From Trichinella spiralis (taxonomy: Eukaryota), in NCBI RefSeq assembly GCF_000181795.1, contig NW_003526945.1, positions 2,405,930-2,469,929 on the forward strand: a stretch of 64,000 bases of DNA. Reading direction: 5' to 3'. Shown here one piece after another: positions 54,646 to 64,000 of this stretch. Under the pieces are notes generated by a model. The model saw only the letters and a list, made by a program, of their open reading frames with translations. It was not told the origin of the DNA and did no database searches. The translations under genes and the position numbers were made by a program. Position 1 is the stretch's first letter. Every line of letters starts with the position of its first letter.

Positions 54646-57600
54646 GCTTGCTAACCGGCTACATAACAGTAAGCTGAAATTCCAACTTTCTCCTCCTTCC
54701 TGCATTAATATACTCTTTCCAAAGTATTGCTTTTGTTTTTAAATAGTCAATCAGACAATATTATAAAGCAGTTTACTTTCTCTTTTTTCTCAAACAAAAC
54801 AATAGCTCATTTAAATTAATAGAATTAATTATTTCTTTCAAAGTACTATTTAAAATTAATTAGAGGAAAAAAAAGAAAAGAAAAAAACACCGACGGCAGA
54901 TTTTTATATGAACAATGGGATTAGAGTTTTGAAATAACAATTATATACACTTATATATATATATATATATATGTATATGCATTTACCTGTAATAATCTAA
55001 AATTGTGAAATATAGCAAAGCCGTTGTCGACATGAAACCATGAGGATGAGTTCATGTTGGAATAAATGAAAATCTCGTGTATACAAGCGCATTTTGAATA
55101 AGTAGAATATATACGGTGAAAAAAAACACTGAACGCCTTCTGCTATTTAACTACTATTACTACTACTACTACTGCTATTACTACTTTGAAAACAGATGCA
55201 ACAGAGAGCGCCGCCGCTTTGAAGAAGAAAAGCAAGCAGACTTTTTTTATTTTTATGATTATTCATCATCTTCCTCTTATTCGTCTACTTCTTTTTTATG
55301 TATTTGTGTGTGTTGTGTTATAAATCTGGTCGAGCTGTCATTTAAAAAAGAAAGAAAAATATAAAAATTCAACCAATACGCCAAGTCAGTTTTTTGATGG
55401 CAGTCCAATTGACAAACCGCTTTAACTGTTGTTGTATTCAATGATTATTGATGCTATTTATCAATTTATATTATTACATCAAAATTGGTCCAAATTATTT
55501 TCAAAATATTCATCATCACATATGGTGTAGAAACAATAAAAATAGAATATTTTATAATAATAATAATAATAATAGATTTATGTATGAAAAATCACATTCG
55601 GTACCTGGGATACAATGAAGTTGGTGTTGACATGATTTCTCAAAGTGGACAGAAAAGGAAAAGTGCTGACTAGCATGTTGTTCATCATCTGCACCATCAA
55701 ACACTGAACTTTGGTCAAGGAAGAGTGTGGAATTAAATAGAGAAAAGATGTATTAAAAAAAGTTCAAAAATACACACACGCACAGACACACACACACACA
55801 CACACATACACGATAGACAATCATTGTATTACTTGCTTTAACAATATAATAATATACAACACTTTGTGAGCACGTCAAATGGGTGCAAAAGCAAAGAGAG
55901 AGAAAAAAATGACCAAGCCCACAACCACAAAGCCGAGCTGTCTACGAATGGCATTTAGAACTTAAAATTCTTTCTCTTAAGTCAACAACTGATGCTAATA
56001 CGCAATTATGGATTGTTTAAATCGGGAACAAAGTTTGCAATTCAGCAATTCAATATTCAATTTTGTACAATACAAATTACAAATGTACAATTTTTACGCT
56101 GTGCCAAAATTTGGAAAAGAACTGTCACATTATGCACAAATATACATACGCATACACTAAACTGACTGACTAAGAAGAGAGAAAGGTACAGACACAGACA
56201 CGGAAATACAATTTTCTGCGTTGGATTATTTTTTTCCAACAATTGATTGTTTCTACAACAAGCAGTTGTTATTTCAAATTATCCACCACGTCTGAATGTG
56301 AAATAAGATGGCAATGATAAGAAACAACCAACCAAGCAAGCAAGCAACCTGCTGATTGTTTGTCGCAGAAAAAAATAATTTAAAATTCTATAAACAGGAA
56401 ATGAAGAAGCGTGTGAATGATTATGCGAGCTCGTTTTTTCCCAACTTGAACGGAAATTGAACTTTGAACAAGCACAAATGCTGACTGAATATGAAAATTA
56501 TCTTTACAACAACTGCACAAACTTAATTTTTCAATTCTGCATATGTGCTTACAGATTATTTTTGTACATTCTCTGGTAAACAAAAAATCACTAAAATTAC
56601 ACCATATCAATTTCACTCACGGTGGTTAATAAATGATTAATGAAATGAGAATGCACAATATTGAAAAAAGTTGTTAAATAAGAATAAATACGAACAACTT
56701 TCATATTTTCTCTTACACATTTGACTATATATTAAATGTATTTATTTAAATTTATGAACAAACTTTAACAAAACAAATACATTTAAGCATCACTCTGTTT
56801 GAAGTCTTCTTGTTGATAAAATTTGAATAAGCTACGTGAAAAAAAAATTACATATTTTTTTAATATGACAATGTTTTTTATTTTAATTTTTTAATTTGTC
56901 TTTTTTTACTCTCTACTACCTCGTTTTACTACCCGTTTGTTCTACCTTTCGCATTTGCAGTTGCAAATGGACAAGCAAATTGACAAATGTCCGACGTCGA
57001 TGATTAATTTTGCACCACAGACGCTTTGCTTGCGCAACGAGTTGATTTCCTTGGGGTGATCGAAAGAGAATCTATGGCGCAATTATTTTTCCTGGACGTG
57101 AATCCATGCGAGAGGGAAGTTTGCCAGTTTTCCACTACTGAACACTAACTACGGCTATTACTAGTGCCGCGACTGCTAGCACAACTTATTCTACTGCTTC
57201 TGCTACTACCACCACTACTGTTCCATGCAAACCCAAAGAGAGGGACGGAATTATGTATTAGTTGGCTGGCGGTAGTTGAAAAGCTGATTAATTCAATTAA
57301 TTAATAAATCGACAACTTTTATACATGGAAAGTGAAAGGCAAATCGAAAAACAATAAGCAAATTATCTCAACAATCTTCATTCCATCTTCAAAGCACCTC
57401 ATTGATATTTTAATTACTACTAATCAAGCATAAACTGTTTCAGTGACATTGGTTATTTATTGCAATTTCTCATATTCAGTACATACATACACACATGTGT
57501 ATTATTCGTATATATTCGTAGCTCGACTAGAAAGAATGATGTGTCTGCGTGTGCGCTGTGAGAGGTTCTTATTTATTTTTTACATTGTTCAGTGTAAAAC

Positions 57601-60201
57601 AAGGAAGTTTAATCAGATATACATGTCTTTTTGGGCAAGTTCATTTGCAACGCGGAAATGCCGCTTTGGAGAAAATAATGATCTCAATCACAAAGCAATG
57701 TTAGTTTTCGGTCGAACTGCAAATGAATAATTTACTCGTATTAATTTTTTATTTGAAAATATAAATAAACACGTAATGCGTGAAATTGTAGAAATTGTAT
57801 CAGAGAGCAATTTAAAAATTTTCTCGAAATAAGCTGAAATTTTTACTACAATTTATCATTCGTCATGCTACCTTGCTGATTATATTTATCTGAGATAAAA
57901 AAAATAATAATAATAATACATTTGCAACAGATTATTTAAAATGTTGAATTTATTGGATTAATCAGAACAGACTGAACAGCAAAAGTGAATTTCTTTTTTT
58001 TCAAATAACTACATAATTAATTAAGAATTCAATCATTGATACAGAATTGTTCGACCTGTTAGATAAGTATATATACATATATATATATATATATATTTAA
58101 ATCTTGAACTAATCAGAACATTCTATTTTTAAACAAAGAAGAAGAAAGTAAAGAAACATGCTTCAACAAAATTACAAAAAAATACACACGCACACACACA
58201 TATATATATACGTATATATATGTGTGTATGTATATAATATATATACGTATAAAAGGTAAAGCTAGCTGTAATAATTGTTGTCAGTTATTATTTTAAAACA
58301 GGCTACCAAATCAGGCCATCAGACAACAATTGGTGCTCAACTGTAGACGAGGACATGAAACAAGAAAAAACATTTTTTGAAAAAAAAACTAGAAAAGCAT
58401 GGGAAAGCTAGTTTAGAGTTGTATCGCATGATCAAGCAAAAAATAAAAAATCGTTTCTGTTCGACGACAACGAATATGAAAAAATAAATTATCATCATAT
58501 TTGATTTATTATTTTTAAAAAGACGAAAAAAATACGCATCTTCAAAAAACTCCCTCTCTACCTACCTCTCTACCCTTCCCCCTCTCCCTCCCTCCCTTCC
58601 TCTTTAACTTTTTTTTCTTTTCTTTTCTCAAAGATATATAATACGGTTGTTGGGGATGAAAATAAAATAAAACAGAAAAAATATATTTCGAATGAGGAAG
58701 CAGCTTGGTTTTTTTCCTTGTTGAATTTGAAGACGAATCAGGGAAGGATTTGCTTTCCCAAAGGGAGCAAGCAAGACGGCACTGTCGGGAAAATCGAAAA
58801 ATCGTCAACGCTTGATAAAGCTCAGCACCAGCAACAACAACAAAAACAACTAACACTCTTCAACATTGATTTACATCTCTCTCGCTCTCTTCCTTGCCAT
58901 CATAATCATTGTCCCTACTCTATTACAACTCAAAAAAAGAAAAACGAATAAAATTTTATTAATATTATTTACTTTTTTATTTGAAATTAATATGCATATA
59001 TATATATACTGTTTATAAATAAATATTTATTAAATTTTGCTGAACAAAAATAAACATTATGTATAGATATAGATAGACTGATTTAAAAAAAAAAGTTCCG
59101 CTTGTAAGCGCAACTATTTTCCTAGTTTGCAATCCGGCTTTTGTACTTCCGGAGATTATTTTAAAATTATAACCGCGCTTTGTTTCTATTAAGCAGACAG
59201 AAAATCAATATTTCCATTTAAATCTCACAAAAGAAAATGACAATTTATAATTAATGCTCCAATTTACTTCTCCTCCCTTACTCACAAATACACCAGACAC
59301 AACATACTGCCTAAAAAAAGAAAGAAAGAAAGAAATACTATTTGTCTTTTTTTTCCTTCATCTCACCAACTATTACTGCTGCTTCAATACTATTATTGTT
59401 ATTATTCTTTTGTTTTACTTATTAAAAAATGATATTTAAATTAAAAAAAGTTAATTAATTAATTAATTAATTACCTAATTTTAATTGTCCGCACGCAGTA
59501 TAATAGCGTACTTCATTTCACAGACGGCTTGACGATTGCTCGTTTGAAATGCCAACAGTGCAGTGTGTGGAAAAGCATGGAACTGATTTGCATGTCTAAC
59601 AGTAGTAATAGAAGCACTTGACAAATGCACCAGACAGCACTAAGCAAGCTCATAAACTGGATTTGGTTTTACGACAGAAAAAAAAGAAGAGAAAAGAGAG
59701 AAGAGAAGAGAAGAGAAGACTCTACAAATACCTACTGCTGCTGCTGCTGCTGCTGCTGCTACAACGACAGCAACAAAATTACTGACAGTTGTTCCAGTTT
59801 CCACTTTTACAACTGACCAAAAAAAAAAAATTCTCTCCACACTCAGGATCCGTAGCATTGTAATTATTTAAGCCTGCCTCTCTGCCCCTCTGCCTGTCTG
59901 TCTGTCTGTCTGTCTGTCGACTTGGAAGTTGCTTGAATAAAATGAAAATGTCATTTTGAAAAACAAAAAAAAAATTAATAAATAATTCATCAGACCAATT
60001 AATAATAATTCAAAAACAATAATACGACAAAATCTCGTAGGAGAATATTCAAATTTTACAAATGTATGATAGTAATAATAAAGAAACGAAACCAGGACAG
60101 TGAAAACGCATCCATCTAAAAATATGCTACACAACAGACAAACGTTATGACCTCAGACGTCGTAAAACTGAAATCAAATCAACCTGAAATTTAATCTGCA
60201 T

Positions 60202-60204
<3 letters not shown>

Positions 60205-60243
<39 letters not shown>
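60205..60243. repeat. (AT)n microsatellite
   Basis: About 19 AT units. Confidence 0.95.
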
Positions 60244-60246
<3 letters not shown>

Positions 60247-63200
60247 GTGTACGTGTGTGTATGCGTTTGCATAAAGGGTTTTTTAAAGAAAAATTTTCCA
60301 TGTAAAAAATATCATTTCATTATGAAAATTCAATTTCAATAAATAATTTGCTTGAAAAGCTTAATAATACATGTTGTATTCCTTCAACTTTTTTTTCTTT
60401 TTTGAAAATTTCCATTTCTTATCTTAATGTTCAAAACAGAAAAATCAACGATTAATTTTCCTAAAGCTTAATAAAAGTGATGATCAATGCTTTTTGATGA
60501 CGTCATGCAAGAGAAGCTCTTTCTTCTCATCCGGCAGTGGAATTTTTTGCAGATTTGTATGGAAAAAAGGAGGAAAATTAAGAAAGAAATGTAAAAAAAA
60601 TAACAGAATTCTCCTTCTTTTTTGGTCTAATTTTAAAATTGGTCCATTTTAATTGTTTTAATTGAAAACAAAATTTGCGTTCTACTTTTTCATTTTACAC
60701 TTTTCCAAGTTGTACAGGAAGAGTTAGTTGGTCAAAAAAATTTGAATCAGAAACTCAACATATACATAATAAACACAGATTATAAATAATATTAACATAA
60801 TGAAAATAAAATTATTTTTATAAAATTTTTAATAAAATTGGACATACTTTTGACAAACGAGCCGCATGCAGTAGTCAGTGTGCGCCGTGCAGTATGTGGT
60901 GATAAGTTGTGTGTAAATGTGAATGCGTGTGAAAAAAAAAGCCTAAGCAGCCCAAGCTGATGATAGATATTGCTGCTGCTGCTGCTGCTGCTGCTTGATG
61001 ATGGTGACGATGAAGACGCTGGCAAGCTTGCGCGTCGGCTTCAACGTCGACCGTAATTAAGGTCGAGTGTTGCTAGTTTCGGCCAACCGTCCCGGCGGTC
61101 ATCTATGCCAATATTCAACTGGTACTGGACAATTTCTTTTCAATTTTTCATTTCATTTTAATTACAAAATTGAACCACCGCCCGATGATGAAAACTCTAC
61201 TCCTTTACGGAAAACATGTGCACATGCAATTATATTATCACCACCACCATCATCATCATCATCATCACCATCGTCGTACATTTTAAAATATTCAAAAATT
61301 TATTTTCCCTTCTTTTAATATTCATCACCAAAAAAATATACATATGCAAAAAGTATAATGCGGTGGGATTTTCCGTGATGATGTGATTGAAATCACGCCA
61401 ATGTCGTTGCACACACGACACGTATATTGATCCTATTTTTGCCCGTTCACCAGACAGATCAAAGAGACTAAAAGCAGCTTTTTTTTCAAAACTGACACGT
61501 CGTGCAACTTTTGAAAGCTGGCTAATTTAAAAAAAAACTTCTACATTTCATTTTTGCTGTTATTATTCTACAGCTGAAATTTGTAATTTTTTCAAACATT
61601 ATTTGAATTTCAACCAATCCCACACACATACACACACTACCGCATTTCTATAATATATTATGTTGGTGAAAGTAAAAATTAAAAAAAGATGGAAAAATTA
61701 TCCTAAAACCAACAACAGAACAGTTGCTTCAGACACAGTTGTGTTTTTTTTTAATTTTTTCATTTTTTGAAACTCAGACTGACCAACGCCCGTTGTCGTC
61801 TCTAGCTAATAACTAATGGCGGACGAAAAGCAGCCGGCCGATGTCTGCGACGCTTCGCCGCCAATAGTCGATACAATTAGCTTCCTCAGATAATTATTAA
61901 ACTTTCATCGGTCGATCAAAATCATTTCAACCTATTTCTTAAAGTACTTCTCGGCTCAAATTGTTGTTTGCTCAGTAAACATCCAATTTTAATACAACAA
62001 ACTTTAGAAGCCAATGTTTTTACAACGTTATCCTACAGAGATAACAAAAATCACTTTTTGCGTATATTTATTTATAAGATATTAAATAATATTCACATCC
62101 AAATATTAATTATAGCCTACTAGTTTAAAATTGTAAATTTGAATAAAATAAATTTGCATTTCCTTCAAGATAAGATAATAAAATTTTGCCGTGAGTTCAG
62201 TCAGTATTGAAGATTTTAGGCTAACAATGAACACGCTTGACAACTGAGAATCTGCAAAAGAAAGTTCCCAGGTAAGTTGCTGTTGCTGTTGTCTTTTTTT
62301 TAACTTTTTTCCCATTCACAATTGCTATTATACAATGATTGAAGCGCGTTTGAAAAAAAGCCGATTAACAAAAATGAGTATGAGCAAAAAAAACAACAAC
62401 AACATGCGATAAACAGTGTATTTACATTTGATGAAATTATTGGGTGAGTTTTTGTGAAAGGAAAACGTAAAAATAAAAGAAAAAAGATATCCAAATTGGC
62501 AGCTAATAAAATTTTGGCTATTGGCTGCCATGTTTGGTAAAATGAAGCAAAAAAACGAGTTGAATCGAAACAAAGTTCGCACCGGTTGGCCATAATTCCA
62601 TTAACAGTCAACTGGATGCTTAATTCCCAGTGGAAGCTGCACAAGAGTAGAAGAGACGAAGCAAGCATACACACAGAAAAAAAACATAAAAATAAAAATT
62701 TCTTGTTTCTGCATAATAGCGATAGTTGCTGCAGCAGAAGCCAGACTAAGAAGCAGAATTGGAGAAAAGGGAAGAAAGAAAGGGCATATAGATAATAAAT
62801 ACGGACACTAATCGATAAATAAGCTTATTTTAGGAACGCTTAAAGAATTTGCAAGCAGTAGCTGAAAATGCATCGCGCACGCACACAGAGGCAACACATA
62901 AAAATGTAAAATTTGAAATCAAGAACAGAGCAAGCAAAACCCTTCCACGCGTTGTATATTGCACTTTACAAAAAGCGTACAATTTTAAAACATGGATTTT
63001 ACTATTGGAAATATGAATTATGATCAGCAGAGCAACTGAAGCATCAGACTTAGCAAATCTGACGTTTTTACGATATGCTTCCCCGCGATTAAACTCCATG
63101 AACATGAAGCAGTGCAAACCGGATTGATGAGCAGCGTAATCTCTTGCACGAGAAACTTTTTTTTCTATTATTGCCGAAAAAACATTACATTTGATGTCGT

Positions 63201-64000
63201 CATTACAGGCCCTTTACCAGAAGGCTGTTCATATCGAATCAATGCAGGCAGGTATTGCTGCTGATTTTTCTTTTCTTCCACAACTCACAATGAAAGCTTT
63301 ACGAAAAATTTTGCAAATCAGAGCAAACCTTTTGCAATTATATTTGCATTGATTGTATCTACAACTTTGTATTTAGTGGATTTTGCAAAAATTTTCATCT
63401 TTAAACAAAATTCAATCTCTTCGAATAATTTGCATGTCACAAGTTGAGAATAATAAAACACCTAGTTATATTGAAAGTTGAAGCAGCTAATTTGAATAGT
63501 TGCAAAATGAGAAAATCACTTTCATCTCCTTTTGAAATTTCACTGCATATTGCTATACGATAGTGAATTGGTTAAGGCTTCGCGCGCGCGTGATTAGGGT
63601 TTCCTGATTTTTGAAAATAATGCATCAAGCACATGAAGGGATGTTTTTCAACCGTGTACTAACTAGCAAATAAAATTTTTCCAATGCTTATCATTTATAC
63701 AAGGTAAAAGTTTTATTTTTGAACGTGATTTTCCAATTACAACAACAATAACACTAATACATTACTACACAAATATTGTACAGTGTAATTTTTAAAGTCA
63801 CATAAAGGTGTGCCATCATTTATTTCACTTTGGACAAACTTTAATAAGCATTAATCGCATCAATTCGAACGTTAAGTCTGATTTAATTGACCAAGTCAAT
63901 AAGTTAAAATGATTTATCTAAAAAAAATCGATCCAATTGCTAAATTTGTTAGTCAGAGTGTAAAGTTTATCATCATTGCACGACTGTTGTTTTCAAACCG

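Noticed and set aside
61400..61420. Minus-strand CRVCND as the missing Cys pair of the LIN-29 extra finger
   Set aside because: No GT donor follows at the required phase-0 position.
50700..64000. Numerous 60-125-aa ORFs in the ORF track
   Set aside because: They are dominated by microsatellite-derived homopolymers and F/L/I/K bias, many have non-ATG starts, and none has a domain signature.

Overview
Eukaryotic, AT-rich, microsatellite-rich genomic DNA with short GT-AG introns (mostly 45-100 nt) and TTTTCAG/TTTTAG acceptors. This reads as a nematode genome; a clade I worm such as Trichinella is my inference only. I reconstructed eight spliced protein-coding genes by hand: a nicotinic acetylcholine receptor alpha subunit of the UNC-38 type (-), rabankyrin-5/ANKFY1 (-), Tudor-SN/SND1 (+), a DGAT2/MOGAT acyltransferase (-), SEC13 (-), transportin-3 (+), a CCDC50-like MIU-repeat protein (+) and the zinc-finger factor LIN-29 (-). 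The last ~14 kb (50-64 kb) is a gene-poor, repeat-rich tract upstream of lin-29. I found no tRNA, rRNA, CRISPR array or recognisable transposon, and I cannot demonstrate a wholly new system. The best leads are: (1) a putative lin-29 leader exon with two mutually exclusive GC hairpins over an out-of-frame upstream AUG; (2) an orphan half zinc finger implying a longer lin-29 isoform; (3) operon-like spacers (TNPO3-CCDC50, ANKFY1-unc-38); (4) an altered agonist-binding loop C and a polyQ tract in UNC-38; (5) a GATA-site cluster directly upstream of a small unannotated spliced ORF; (6) a pre-miRNA-like hairpin.
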